Below are positions 36,951 to 46,496 of a stretch of DNA of 64,000 nt, piece by piece. Position 1 is the stretch's first letter. Every line of letters begins with the position of its first letter. The position numbers and the translations under genes were made by a program. Source of the DNA: an uncultured Actinomycetota bacterium (GTDB lineage: Bacteria > Actinomycetota > Actinomycetes > Streptosporangiales > Streptosporangiaceae); the NCBI GenBank assembly GCA_963725175.1, contig CAVRXH010000006.1:5939580-6003579 (forward strand). Direction: 5' to 3'. The notes under the pieces are model-generated. The model worked only from the letters and a program-made list of their open reading frames with translations, made no database searches and had not been told where the DNA came from.

Positions 36951-37541
36951 ATGAGCGTGCGGCACGCGATGCTCGCGCTGCTGAGCGAGGGGCCTAAGTA
37001 CGGGCTGCGACTCCGCGAGGAGTTCGAGGAGCGCACGGGCGAGGTCTGGCCGCTGAACGTGGGCCAGGTGTACACCACGCTGCAGCGGCTGGAGCGCGAT
37101 GGCCTGGTCGAGTCCGACGGGACCGGCGAGGACGGCCCGCAGAAGGTCTTCCGGATCACCGCCGATGGCGAGCGGGAGCTGGCCTGGTGGCTGCGCACGC
37201 CGCCCGACCTGAGCTCGCCGCCGCGCGACGAGCTCGTGATGAAGGTGCTGATCGCCCTGCGGGTGCCTGGTGCCGATCCGCATGAGGTCATCCAGGCGCA
37301 CCGGCGCTACCTGATGCAGCTCATGCAGCAATGGACGCGGATCAAGGAAGACGAAGCCGGCGGCCTGGGCCTGGCGCTGGCGGTCGACGCCGAGCTGCTC
37401 CGGCTTGACTCGGTGATCAGGTGGCTGGACGTCGCAGATACCCGCATCAAGCGGGCTGGCGCCGGCGCCTTCGCACCCGAGCCCGAGCAAGGCCAAGCGC
37501 CGCTGCCACGGCACCGGCGGGAACTGAGGATGCCCAGATGA
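36951..37541 (+). CDS. PadR-family transcriptional regulator
   Basis: MSVRHAMLALLSEGPKYGLRLREEFEERTGEVWPLNVGQVYTTLQRLERDGLVE.. Confidence 0.85.
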   Translation: MSVRHAMLALLSEGPKYGLRLREEFEERTGEVWPLNVGQVYTTLQRLERDGLVESDGTGEDGPQKVFRITADGERELAWWLRTPPDLSSPPRDELVMKVLIALRVPGADPHEVIQAHRRYLMQLMQQWTRIKEDEAGGLGLALAVDAELLRLDSVIRWLDVADTRIKRAGAGAFAPEPEQGQAPLPRHRRELRMPR

Positions 37542-38263
37542 AGTCGCTAGAGCTGCACCAGGTGTCCAAGTCCTACGGGCAGGGCACCGCCGAGGTACAC
37601 GCCCTCCGCGGCGTCAGCCTGTCGGCCGACGAGGGCGCGATGGTCGCGGTCATGGGGCCGAGCGGGTCGGGCAAGAGCACGCTGCTCACCATCGCGGGGA
37701 CGCTGGAGGAGCCGACAAGCGGCGAGGTGCTGATCGCCGGGCAGGCCGTCGCGGGCATGTCCCGCAACGCCAGGGCGCGGCTGCGGCGGCGCGCCATCGG
37801 GTACGTGTTCCAGGACTTCAACCTGCTGCCCGGGCTGACCGCCGCCGAGAACGTGGCGCTGCCGCTCGAGCTGGACGGCATGCCCGCCCGCAGGGCAGGG
37901 GTCGCCGGCCGCGAGGCGCTGGAGCGTCTCGGCCTGGGCGAACGGGCCGCGCACTACCCCGACCAGCTCTCCGGCGGAGAACGGCAGCGGGTGGCGATCG
38001 CCCGCGCGATGGTGGGCGAGCGGAAGCTGCTGCTCGCCGACGAGCCCTCGGGCGCGCTGGACTCGGTCAACGGCGAGGCGGTGATGCGCCTGCTGCACAC
38101 CGCGTGCAAGGAAGGCGGGATGACCGCGGTGGTGGTGACCCACGACGCGCAGCTCGCCGCGTGGGCCGACCGGGTGATGTTCCTGCGGGACGGCCGGGTG
38201 ACCGACCAGACCGCCCCGGCACCGGGACCTGAGTCGCTGCTCGCACCGGGGGACGCGCGATGA
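37538..38263 (+). CDS. ABC transporter ATP-binding protein (MacB/LolD/FtsE-like)
   Basis: ATGA overlap with the padR stop. Motifs GPSGSGKSTLL, LSGGERQRVAIARA and LLLADEPSGALD. Confidence 0.88.
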   Translation: MKSLELHQVSKSYGQGTAEVHALRGVSLSADEGAMVAVMGPSGSGKSTLLTIAGTLEEPTSGEVLIAGQAVAGMSRNARARLRRRAIGYVFQDFNLLPGLTAAENVALPLELDGMPARRAGVAGREALERLGLGERAAHYPDQLSGGERQRVAIARAMVGERKLLLADEPSGALDSVNGEAVMRLLHTACKEGGMTAVVVTHDAQLAAWADRVMFLRDGRVTDQTAPAPGPESLLAPGDAR

Positions 38264-40800
38264 GCACGGGTCTGCGGGAACGGCCAGCCGCCGGGAGGGC
38301 GCCGAACGGGGGCGCTCCCGCCCGCCGCGCGGTCATCCGCTGGGGAGTGCGGCTGCTGCGCCGCGAGTGGCGGCAGCAGCTGCTGATCCTGGGGCTGATC
38401 ACGGTCGCGGTGGCGGCCGCGGTCGTCGCCTCGGCGGTCGCGACCGATACCCCGGCCCCGATAGCCGGGGTGCTCGGCACCGCGCAGGATGCCGCCACGC
38501 TCACCGGCACGCCCGCGAAGATCAGTGCCGGGATCAGCGACCTCGCAAGCCGCTACGGCAGGACCGACGTCATCGAGAACGAGGCCGTGCCGATCCCCGG
38601 CACCCGCCGCACGTTCGACCTGCGGGCGCAGAATCCGCGCGGGCCGTTCGGCCGCCCGATGCTGTCCCTGGCCAGCGGTCATTACCCGGCCACGGCGGAC
38701 CAGATCGCGGTGACCAGCGGCGTCGCCGCCGACTTCGGGCTCAGCACCGGCCGCGGCTGGACCATCGCCGGCAAGACCTGGAAAGTGACCGGCATCGTCC
38801 AGAACCCGCAGAACCTGCTGGACGAGTTTGCCCTGGTCATGCCCGGCCAGGTCGCCGCGCCTGACAACGTCACGGTCCTGTTCAGCGCTCCGGGCCAGAC
38901 CGCGCAGGGCATCCAGGCGGCCACCGGCATCGACGTCACCACCGCCCAGACGGTGGCGAACGCCAACGTGATCAACCCCCAGACGATCTCGATCTCGGCC
39001 GCCGTCCTGGGCATGCTGCTGATCGCGCTCGTCGGAATCGGCGGCTTCACGGTCCTGGCGCAGCGCAGGCTGAGGGCGATCGGCATGCTCGCCGCCCAGG
39101 GCGCGACGCCGCGGCACATCGGGCTCGTCGTCAGGGCCAACGGCGCCGCGACCGGCGTCGCGGGCGCGGTGGCCGGCTTCGTGCTCGGCTTCCTCGCCTG
39201 GCTCGCTTACCGCCCGCAGGCCGAGCAGAGCGCACATCACCTGATGGGCGTGTTCCAGCTGCCGTGGACCGTCATCGGCATCTCCATGGCCCTCGCGGTC
39301 ATCGCCACCTACTTCGCCGCCTCCCGGCCGGCGAGGGCCATCGCCGGAGCCTCCATCGTGGCGGCGCTGGCCGGCCGCCCGCCCGCGACGAAGAAGACCG
39401 GCCACCTCGCGGTCCCCGTCGGCCTTGGCTTCCTCGTCGTGGCCTTCCTCCTGCTCGGCGCCGCCGGCGCCATCGGCACCGGGGGCGGCGACCAGAGCGG
39501 CCATATCCGCGAGCTCGTCCTCGGCTTCCTGGTGCTCGCGGTCGCCATCGTGCTGCTCGCCCCGGCCTGCCTGGTGGTCCTCGCCGCCGCCGGACGGCGG
39601 GCACCCATATCGGTGCGGCTCGCCCTGCGGGACCTCGCGCGCTACCGGGCACGATCGGGCCCGGCGCTGGCGGCGATCAGCCTCAGCACCCTGATCGCGG
39701 TCATCATCTGCGTGGCCAGCGCCGCCCGGCTGGACAACGTCCTCGACTATGCCGGCCCGAGCCTGACCTCCAGCCAGCTCATCGTCTACGCCCCGGCCAG
39801 CGGGATGGGCAAGCAACCGGGCGGCCCGCCAGGGCCGAGCACCGCCCCGCCGGTCAGCATGGCGAAAGCGCGGCAGGTCGCCGGCCAGATCGCCGCCGGC
39901 CTCGGCACCACTCGCATGATCACGCTGGAGTCGACCAGCGCGTGCGTGCGGCACGCCGGGGCCGGGCGGCAATGGGACGGTGCGGTCTACGTGGCCACCC
40001 CGCAGCTGCTCAGCGCGTTCGGCATCAGGCAGTCGCAGGTCAGTCCCGACGCCGACCTGCTCACGATGCGCCCAGGCCTGTCCACCATGAGCCTGATGCA
40101 GCTCGCCACCGGCCCGTCGTGCGGCGGGAACCCCGGCAGCGGCAACCCCTTCGCCTGTCCGCCGGGCTCGTGTGTGAGCAGCCCGCCGATCCAGGAGTTC
40201 AGCCAGCTCCCGTCCGGCGTCTCCGCGCCGAACACGGTGATCACGCAGCACGCGATCACCGCGCTCCGCCTGCAGAGGTCGGTCACCACGGACGGCTGGC
40301 TCATCACCGCGCCGCGCGACCTCACCGCCGCGCAGATCGCCAGGGCGCAGCAGCTCGCGGCCGGAGCGTCCGGGATGAGCGTCGAGACCCGCAACAGCAT
40401 CCCGTCGCTGGCCCAGATCATCGACGCGGCCACGATCTTCGGCATCGTTCTCGCGCTCGGCATCCTCGGCATGAGCGTGGGCCTGGTCCGCAGCGAGGCG
40501 GCCGGCGACCTGCGGACGCTCACCGCCGCGGGCGCGGCCCCCGCCACCCGCCGCACCATCACCGCGGCCACCGCCGGGGCGCTCGCCTTCACCGGGGCCG
40601 TGATCGGCATCGCCGGCGGCTACCTGGCGGCGATCGGCTTCTTCCGGAGCAACCAGCTAGACGGCCTGTCCTCGCTATCCAGCATCCCGGTGACCAACCT
40701 GCTGGTGATCCTCGTCGGCATGCCGCTGGCCGCCGTGGTCATCGGCTGGCTGACCGCGGGCCGCGAGCCGGCCAGCATGTCCCGCCAGCCCCTCGAATAA
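38260..40800 (+). CDS. ABC transporter permease with duplicated FtsX domains
   Basis: 846 aa. ATGA overlap with the ATPase gene. Two FtsX-like 4-TM blocks are separated by large extracytoplasmic regions. Confidence 0.8.
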   Translation: MSTGLRERPAAGRAPNGGAPARRAVIRWGVRLLRREWRQQLLILGLITVAVAAAVVASAVATDTPAPIAGVLGTAQDAATLTGTPAKISAGISDLASRYGRTDVIENEAVPIPGTRRTFDLRAQNPRGPFGRPMLSLASGHYPATADQIAVTSGVAADFGLSTGRGWTIAGKTWKVTGIVQNPQNLLDEFALVMPGQVAAPDNVTVLFSAPGQTAQGIQAATGIDVTTAQTVANANVINPQTISISAAVLGMLLIALVGIGGFTVLAQRRLRAIGMLAAQGATPRHIGLVVRANGAATGVAGAVAGFVLGFLAWLAYRPQAEQSAHHLMGVFQLPWTVIGISMALAVIATYFAASRPARAIAGASIVAALAGRPPATKKTGHLAVPVGLGFLVVAFLLLGAAGAIGTGGGDQSGHIRELVLGFLVLAVAIVLLAPACLVVLAAAGRRAPISVRLALRDLARYRARSGPALAAISLSTLIAVIICVASAARLDNVLDYAGPSLTSSQLIVYAPASGMGKQPGGPPGPSTAPPVSMAKARQVAGQIAAGLGTTRMITLESTSACVRHAGAGRQWDGAVYVATPQLLSAFGIRQSQVSPDADLLTMRPGLSTMSLMQLATGPSCGGNPGSGNPFACPPGSCVSSPPIQEFSQLPSGVSAPNTVITQHAITALRLQRSVTTDGWLITAPRDLTAAQIARAQQLAAGASGMSVETRNSIPSLAQIIDAATIFGIVLALGILGMSVGLVRSEAAGDLRTLTAAGAAPATRRTITAATAGALAFTGAVIGIAGGYLAAIGFFRSNQLDGLSSLSSIPVTNLLVILVGMPLAAVVIGWLTAGREPASMSRQPLE

Positions 40801-40830
40801 CCGAGGCCGGACTGGCCGATCGTGCCAGCC

Positions 40831-41550
40831 TTAGCCGCCGAGCTGGCTCGAGCCGGGCATCTTGACGGTACGGGCCACGAGGAAGACCGGCTTGCGGTCG
40901 GCGTCGTGTGCCTGGTCCCAGTCCGGCGCCGGCAGCGGCTCAGCCATCTGGTCCAGCCACAGGTCGTGCCGCCGGAGCGTGTTGAGGTAGGTCGACAGCA
41001 TCCGGTGACTGGCGCCCACCTGGCGGCGCAGCGTGGACAGGGCGTCCTGCGCCGTCCAGTGCCCTTCGTCGTAGTAGCTTCCCGCCGTTGGCCAGGAGCC
41101 CGAGACGTCCTTCCCGCCGGCGAAGCACGGGTGCAGGATCGAGAAGACGAACCGCCCGCGTGGCCGCAGCGCGGCGCTGACAGCCGCGATCGCGCCGTCG
41201 AGGTCGTCAATGTCGGAGAGCCCGAAACTGCAGGTCGCCACGTCGAACGGGGCCTTGCTCGGGAGCCCGGATGTCACGTCGGCGTGGATATAGCGGATGC
41301 CGCGCGGCTCGTCCCGCTCAGCTTCCCCGGCTTTCCTGAGCAGGTTCCCGGAGATATCAATCCCCACGACTTCCGCGCCGCGTCTGGACAGCTCGCGGGT
41401 GATCCGGCCGTGCCCGCAGGCGACATCCAGTACCCGCAGGCCATCGACCGGCCCCACGAGGTCGAGAAGGGCAACGGACACCGAATCGTCCGTGACGTCG
41501 AACCCGCTGATGTAGAAGTCCGCGACCGCGTCATACCTGGCCAGCACCAT
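40831..41550 (-). CDS. Class I SAM-dependent methyltransferase
   Basis: Motif I VLDVACGHGRITRELSRRGAEVVGIDIS. Confidence 0.8.
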   Translation of the reverse strand: MVLARYDAVADFYISGFDVTDDSVSVALLDLVGPVDGLRVLDVACGHGRITRELSRRGAEVVGIDISGNLLRKAGEAERDEPRGIRYIHADVTSGLPSKAPFDVATCSFGLSDIDDLDGAIAAVSAALRPRGRFVFSILHPCFAGGKDVSGSWPTAGSYYDEGHWTAQDALSTLRRQVGASHRMLSTYLNTLRRHDLWLDQMAEPLPAPDWDQAHDADRKPVFLVARTVKMPGSSQLGG

Positions 41551-41630
41551 GCCCCGACTCTAGGTAGCCGGTCCTCCTGGCCGGCGCGGATTCGCAGTGA
41601 GCGGATTCTTGCTGGCCGGCTGGGAGGTCG

Positions 41631-42626
41631 GTGCTGAGGGTGCCCCAGGTGCCCTGCTGGGTGACGGCCCCGACCGGTGCTGTCGTGAATACTGGAGCGG
41701 TGCCTGGCGGTTCCCCTGCGGTTGACGGCGAAGTCATCGCGGCCGGGGGAGTGAAGCAGTTCGTGCGCCGTCTGGGCGACCCGGCCCTGCCGACGCTGAT
41801 CGTGGTGCACGGCGGTCCGACCTGGGACCACTCTTACCTGCTGCCCGCCGTCGCGGAGCTTGCCGACCTTGCTCACGTCGTGCTGTTCGACCTGCGCGGC
41901 TGCGGCCGGAGTTCCCGTACGCCGCCGGCGGGTGACCTTCCGGTGGCCGCCCTGCAGCCCGACCTGGTGGCCGACGATGTCGCCGCGCTAGCCCGGCGCT
42001 ACGGCGCGGACCCCGCGGCCCGCGTGGATGTGCTCGGCTTCTCCTACGGCGGGCGGGTCGCCATGCGCGTAGTGGATCAGTATCCCGGCCTCGTCCGCCG
42101 GCTGATCCTGGCCTCCACCACGGCCTACCAGGACTATCAGGCCGACCTGGAGGCGTCCGCCGACTATCGGGCCCGCGCCGCGCTGAGCACGCCCGTCGCG
42201 TGGGACGACCCGGCGCTGACCGGCCCGAAGGCGGAGGACGGCGCGTTCAGCCGGGCGATGGCCTACGCCAGCGCGCCCTACGACATCTGGCACCTGGAAC
42301 GGATGCGCGACTGGCACCGGGTTCTGGACCAGGTCCGGTTCAGCAGTGACTGGAACGCCCCCTACGCGGATGGCCAGCTCCGGCCCGGAGCACCCGACGA
42401 CGCCGAACGCATCCTGCGTGACTGGGCCAGGCCCGTGCTCATCGTGCACGGCCGCCGGGAAATGACCTTCCCGGTCAGCGTCGCCCGGCGGCTGCACACC
42501 GCGCTGCCCGCCAGCACCCTCGCCGAGATCCCCGGCGCCGCGCACATGGCGCACTTCGACAACCCCGGCGCCTGGCTGGCCGCCATCCGCGCCTTCCTCA
42601 GCCTCCCCGAGCCGCTCGGGCGCTGA
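41631..42626 (+). CDS. Alpha/beta hydrolase (proline-iminopeptidase-like)
   Basis: ..LIVVHGGPTWDHSYL.., nucleophile elbow GFSYGG, and ..GAAHMAHFDNP... The start is uncertain: in-frame GTGs lie at 41685 and 41700. Confidence 0.8.
   Translation: MLRVPQVPCWVTAPTGAVVNTGAVPGGSPAVDGEVIAAGGVKQFVRRLGDPALPTLIVVHGGPTWDHSYLLPAVAELADLAHVVLFDLRGCGRSSRTPPAGDLPVAALQPDLVADDVAALARRYGADPAARVDVLGFSYGGRVAMRVVDQYPGLVRRLILASTTAYQDYQADLEASADYRARAALSTPVAWDDPALTGPKAEDGAFSRAMAYASAPYDIWHLERMRDWHRVLDQVRFSSDWNAPYADGQLRPGAPDDAERILRDWARPVLIVHGRREMTFPVSVARRLHTALPASTLAEIPGAAHMAHFDNPGAWLAAIRAFLSLPEPLGR
41674..41697. repeat. 24-nt conserved motif, copy 2 (CCGGTGCTGTCGTGAATACTGGAG)
   Basis: 23/24 identical to 35232-35255. It lies in the divergent methyltransferase/hydrolase region. 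Confidence 0.85.
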
Positions 42627-42656
42627 GGCTATGCGCGCGTGCCACGAGCTCGCCGT

Positions 42657-43562
42657 TCAGCCCCGGTACGCCACCGTCACGTAGTCCGACGACTTCGCCC
42701 CATAGCTGGACCCGGTCACGTACACCCTGGTACCGGCCGGGCTGACCGCCACCGTGTAGGCGAAGTCGTGGCTGTTGCCCGGCCCCTGGTAGCGGGCCGC
42801 CCACAGTCGCGCCCCGGTCGCCGCGCTGTACGCCACCGTCGCGTAGTCAGACGACTTCGCCGCCTGGCTGCGCCCGGTGACGAACACCCTGGTCCCGCCC
42901 CGGCTGACCGCGATGGCGTTAGGGCTGTCGTAGCCGTACTTGCCGGCGCCGTTGTAGCGGGCCGCCCACAGCCGAGCGCCGGTCGCGGCGCGGTACGCCA
43001 CCGTGGCGTAGTCAGTCGACGTTGACCCGTCGCTGGACCCGGTGACATACACCCTGTTCCCGCCGGGGCTGACCGCCACGGCGGAGGCGTAGTCGTTGCC
43101 GTTGGCCGGGCCGTTGTACCTGGCCACCCATAGCCGCGCGCCGGTCGCGGCGTTATAGGCCACCGTCGCGAAGTCAGCCGACGCTGGCCCCTGCCTGGAT
43201 CCGGTGACGTAGACCGTGGCCCCGTCCGGGCTCACCGCCAGGGCGGCAGCGGTGCCGTCGCGGTAGCGCGCCGTCCACAGCCGCGCGCCGGTCGCGGCGC
43301 TGTACGCCACCGTCGCGTAACCAGTCGGCGTCGCCTGGCTGGACCCGGTCACGTATACCCGGAGCCCGCCCGGGCCGACCGCCAAGGCGGTGGCGGTCCC
43401 GTTGCGGTGGCGCGCCAGCCATAGCCGCGCGCCGCCCGCAGGAACCGGCCGGCCGGCCGCTCCCTCGGCGGCACCCGATGCGGCCAGAGCCGATGCCGCC
43501 AGCGCCATACCTAACGCCGCCGCGCACAATCCGCGCGCCACGTTCCCGCCCATCGGAGTCAT
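42657..43562 (-). CDS. Secreted six-repeat beta-propeller protein (SBBP-type repeats)
   Basis: A signal peptide is followed by six ~43-aa repeats of the form YATVAY.AATGARLW.ARY.G......A.AVAVSP.G.RVYVTGSS. Confidence 0.75.
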   Translation of the reverse strand: MTPMGGNVARGLCAAALGMALAASALAASGAAEGAAGRPVPAGGARLWLARHRNGTATALAVGPGGLRVYVTGSSQATPTGYATVAYSAATGARLWTARYRDGTAAALAVSPDGATVYVTGSRQGPASADFATVAYNAATGARLWVARYNGPANGNDYASAVAVSPGGNRVYVTGSSDGSTSTDYATVAYRAATGARLWAARYNGAGKYGYDSPNAIAVSRGGTRVFVTGRSQAAKSSDYATVAYSAATGARLWAARYQGPGNSHDFAYTVAVSPAGTRVYVTGSSYGAKSSDYVTVAYRG

Positions 43563-43888
43563 TCCCCTCGTGAGGCCAGGCGCCCGGGAACCGCGCCCAG
43601 GGCTGGCGCGCGACGTCTGCCGTCCGGGAGAACCACCGGCCTGGAATCGCCGTCACCTGCGCTGACGACCCCCGGCCGCACCGGCCGGGTTTACCAGCTC
43701 GCGCTACCAGCGTCGCACAACCACCGCGACCGCGCTGCCTCCCGCCATGCCTGCCGACGGCGCCTAGTCCTGCAATTCGGTCAGCAGGGCCGAGTCTGTC
43801 GGCAACGTGCCGGGACAGCGCGGCGGCACATGCGGCGGTCGGCCGTTGGAGTAGTGGGAAAGTGGCCGCCGAGGCCTACTCTGGTGTC

Positions 43889-44119
43889 ATGACGATGACT
43901 GTCCACCTGCACGGCGATTTGGCTGCCGCGCTGGAGGCCGAGGCCGCCCGCCGCGGCCAGAGCCCCGAGCAGGTCGCCGCCGACCTGCTCGCTGAGCGGC
44001 TGCCGCCCGGCGGGAAGCGCCGCCGCAGGCTCGCCTTCGCTGGGGTCGGCGAGTCCGCCTCCGGCCGGTCAGCCTCCGAGGCTGACCGGATGCTGGCCGA
44101 GGGGTTCGGGCGCGACTAG
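43889..44119 (+). CDS. vapB: Ribbon-helix-helix antitoxin (VapB-like)
   Basis: MTMTVHLHGDLAAALEAEAARRGQSPEQVAADLLAE.. plus the C-terminal motif LAFAGVGESASGRSASEADRMLAEGFGRD. It is followed immediately by a PIN start. Confidence 0.7.
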   Translation: MTMTVHLHGDLAAALEAEAARRGQSPEQVAADLLAERLPPGGKRRRRLAFAGVGESASGRSASEADRMLAEGFGRD

Positions 44120-44227
44120 GTGCTGATCGTGGACACCGGGCCACTGGTCGCGGCGGCCGGTCTCCACATTCGGAGACCGGCCTTAAACCCGGACTGTGCG
44201 TGGGCGGTACTGGGATTGAACCAGTGA
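44120..44227 (+). pseudogene. Truncated vapC (only about 14 PIN-domain codons remain)
   Basis: GTG 44120 lies 1 nt after the vapB stop and encodes VLIVDTGPLVAAAG (compare the intact VapC MLIVDTGPLVAYLN at 48046). The frame then runs through the tRNA-operon hairpin into tRNA-Val and stops at 44227. Confidence 0.7.
44155..44182 (-). terminator. Hairpin downstream of the tRNA-Gly/Cys/Val operon
   Basis: Perfect 11-bp stem GGCCGGTCTCC / GGAGACCGGCC with a 6-nt loop, 19 nt past the 3' end of tRNA-Val(GAC). Confidence 0.55.
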
Positions 44228-44272
44228 CCCCTACCGTGTCAGGGTAGTGCTCTCCCGCTGAGCTAACCGCCC
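44201..44272 (-). tRNA. tRNA-Val (anticodon GAC)
   Basis: The reverse complement is GGGCGGTTAGCTCAGCGGGAGAGCACTACCCTGACACGGTAGGGGTCACTGGTTCAATCCCAGTACCGCCCA. It folds as a cloverleaf with a 7-bp acceptor stem and anticodon loop CTGACAC. Confidence 0.9.
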
Positions 44273-44276
44273 GCAG

Positions 44277-44348
44277 AGGCGGAAGCGGGAATCGAACCCG
44301 CGTAAGGGGCTTTGCAGGCCCCTGCCTAAGCCACTCGGCCATTCCGCC
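44277..44348 (-). tRNA. tRNA-Cys (anticodon GCA)
   Basis: The reverse complement is GGCGGAATGGCCGAGTGGCTTAGGCAGGGGCCTGCAAAGCCCCTTACGCGGGTTCGATTCCCGCTTCCGCCT. Anticodon stem GGGGC/GCCCC, loop CTGCAAA. Confidence 0.85.
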
Positions 44349-44429
44349 ACAAGCCGCCCCGGGGAGCTGGCCTGAGTATCTCTGAGCCGTACTGGCCGTC
44401 GACTCGCGAGACGGCTTCCGGCGCTTCCG

Positions 44430-44502
44430 AGCGGACGACGGGATTCGAACCCGCGACCCTCACCTTGGCAAGGTGATGCTCTACCAACTGAGCCACGTCC
44501 GC
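44430..44502 (-). tRNA. tRNA-Gly (anticodon GCC)
   Basis: The reverse complement is GCGGACGTGGCTCAGTTGGTAGAGCATCACCTTGCCAAGGTGAGGGTCGCGGGTTCGAATCCCGTCGTCCGCT. The anticodon loop contains TTGCCAA. Confidence 0.9.
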
Positions 44503-44800
44503 GTACTGCCAGCCGCTCCGGGCTGGCCCGGAGTACCACTGGCGTGCGTTCAGAACTGTAGCCGATCCTGACCGGCCCGCAAACTCGGCTGGGCCAGGGG
44601 ACCCGCGACCAGGGCGGGCAGACGGGGCATGCAGGGCGGTCGCCGCGCGTCAGGCCCGTTTCGTCCCAATTCCCTTCCCTGCCCCGCCCGCCGGGCCAGC
44701 GTCCCCGGAGCGAGCGCCGCAGCGACAGCGAACCTAGGTGCCAGGCCAGCAATCACGGCCCCCATCGCGGGAACTTATGCCCGGATGGGAGGCTGCTCCC

Positions 44801-46339
44801 ATGCGAACTGTGATCGTCTCCGGCGACGCCCTGACCGTGGATGACGTCGTTGACGTCGCACGCGGTGCCGCGCGCGCCGAGCTTGGCCCTGACGTGGCCA
44901 GGCGAATGGAATTCAGCCGGGATGTCGTGACGGCAGCGATCGCCGGTGACAGCCCGGTTTACGGCGTGAACACCGGCTTCGGGGCACTGGCCGACACCGC
45001 CGTCGGCGAGGCTGACCTGAGCAAGCTCCAGCGGGCGATCATCGTCTCGCACGGCGCGGGAGTCGGGCAGCCCCTGGACGACGCCGCGGTCCGGGCCATC
45101 CTGCTGCTCCGCGCCAGGACCCTGGCGGCCGGGCTGTCCGGGGTGCGCACCGACCTGCCGCGCCGCCTGCTTGAGCTGCTCGACCGCAACCTGCTGCCGG
45201 TCATCCCCGGCAAGGGCTCGGTCGGCGCGTCCGGGGACCTGGCGCAGCTCGCGCACCTGGCCCAGCCGCTGATCGGCGCGGGCCGGCTGCGCGCCGAAGG
45301 GGACGGGCCGCAGGGCCGGCCCGCCAGCGAGGTGCTGGCCGAGCATGGCATCGAGCCGCTGGTTCTCGGCCCGAAGGAGGGCCTGTCCCTGGTCAACGGC
45401 ACCGAGCCGATGCAGGCCCTGCTCGCGTTCTCGGTGCACGACGCGGCGCTGCTGGCGCAGGCCGCCGACGTGGCCTGCGCCATGTCGATCGAGGCGCTGC
45501 TCGGCACGGACCGCCCCTATGACGAGCGGGTCCAGGTGATCCGGCCGCATCAGGGCCAGCAGGACAGCGCCGCGAACCTGCGGGCGCTGCTGGCCGGCTC
45601 GCAGCTGATGGCCAGCCACCGGCATAGCCGCCACGCGGTCCAGGACGCCTACTGCCTGCGCTGCGCTCCCCAGGTGCACGGCGCCGTCCGGGACGTGCAC
45701 CGCTTCGCCAGGGGCGTGATCGACACCGAGCTGGGCGCGGTGGTGGACAACCCGGTCATCGTCGCCGACGGCGAGGTCATGACGACTGGAAACTTCCACG
45801 GCGAGCCGCTGGCGTTCGCGGCCGACATGCTCGGCATCGCCGTCGCCGAGTTCGCCAGCATCAGCGAGCGGCGGGTGGACCGGATGCTGGACCCGGCGTT
45901 CTCCCGCGGCCTGCCCGCGTTCCTGGCCCCGGACGCGGGCACGAACTCCGGCTTCATGCTGGCCCAGTACACCGCCGCATCCCTGGTCAGCGAGAACAAG
46001 GTGCTCGCCCATCCCGCCAGCGTCGACACCATCCCGACCTCGGGGAAGCAGGAAGATCACGTGTCGATGGGCTGGACGGGGGTCCGCAAGCTGCGGGAGA
46101 TCGTGGAGAATGTCCGGGCCTGCCTGGCGGTCGAGATCCTCTGCGCCGCCCAGGGCGTCGGCCTGCGTGCCGACATCGCGGCGCCGAGCGCCCCGGTCGC
46201 GGCGGTGCACGAGCTGATCAGGGCCCACGTGCCGAGCATGGATGTCGATCGCGAAGTTTCCGATCAGATAGCCGCCATCGACCAGCTACTGCCAGATATA
46301 TGCGCAACGGCCGCGCAGGCGTGCGGCGGGCTCAGATAG
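44801..46339 (+). CDS. hutH: Histidine ammonia-lyase
   Basis: ATG 44801 follows a GGGAGG SD. MIO-forming ASG triad in GSVGASGDLAQLAHLA. The ..IIVSHGAGVG.. segment carries the Ser-His pair typical of HAL rather than PAL/TAL. Confidence 0.88.
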   Translation: MRTVIVSGDALTVDDVVDVARGAARAELGPDVARRMEFSRDVVTAAIAGDSPVYGVNTGFGALADTAVGEADLSKLQRAIIVSHGAGVGQPLDDAAVRAILLLRARTLAAGLSGVRTDLPRRLLELLDRNLLPVIPGKGSVGASGDLAQLAHLAQPLIGAGRLRAEGDGPQGRPASEVLAEHGIEPLVLGPKEGLSLVNGTEPMQALLAFSVHDAALLAQAADVACAMSIEALLGTDRPYDERVQVIRPHQGQQDSAANLRALLAGSQLMASHRHSRHAVQDAYCLRCAPQVHGAVRDVHRFARGVIDTELGAVVDNPVIVADGEVMTTGNFHGEPLAFAADMLGIAVAEFASISERRVDRMLDPAFSRGLPAFLAPDAGTNSGFMLAQYTAASLVSENKVLAHPASVDTIPTSGKQEDHVSMGWTGVRKLREIVENVRACLAVEILCAAQGVGLRADIAAPSAPVAAVHELIRAHVPSMDVDREVSDQIAAIDQLLPDICATAAQACGGLR

Positions 46340-46496
46340 GCCAGTCACCCCGCGGGTAATTCCGGCGGAAAAGGCGCCGGTCCCGATATTGCGGGGGCGG
46401 GGCGGGGCGCCAGTGACGTGAGTGGCATTCTTACATGCGCCGGCCCGGCTCTCCAGCGAACCGGGCCGGGGTGCCGGCCGAGGGCCGGCGAGGTGC

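Noticed and set aside
44231-44752. ORFs 43887..44342-, 44231..44752- and 47105..47806- covering the tRNA regions.
   Set aside because: They overlap tRNA genes (for example the typical antisense-tRNA peptide ..GSNQRPLPCEGSALPLSQ..) and lack coding features.
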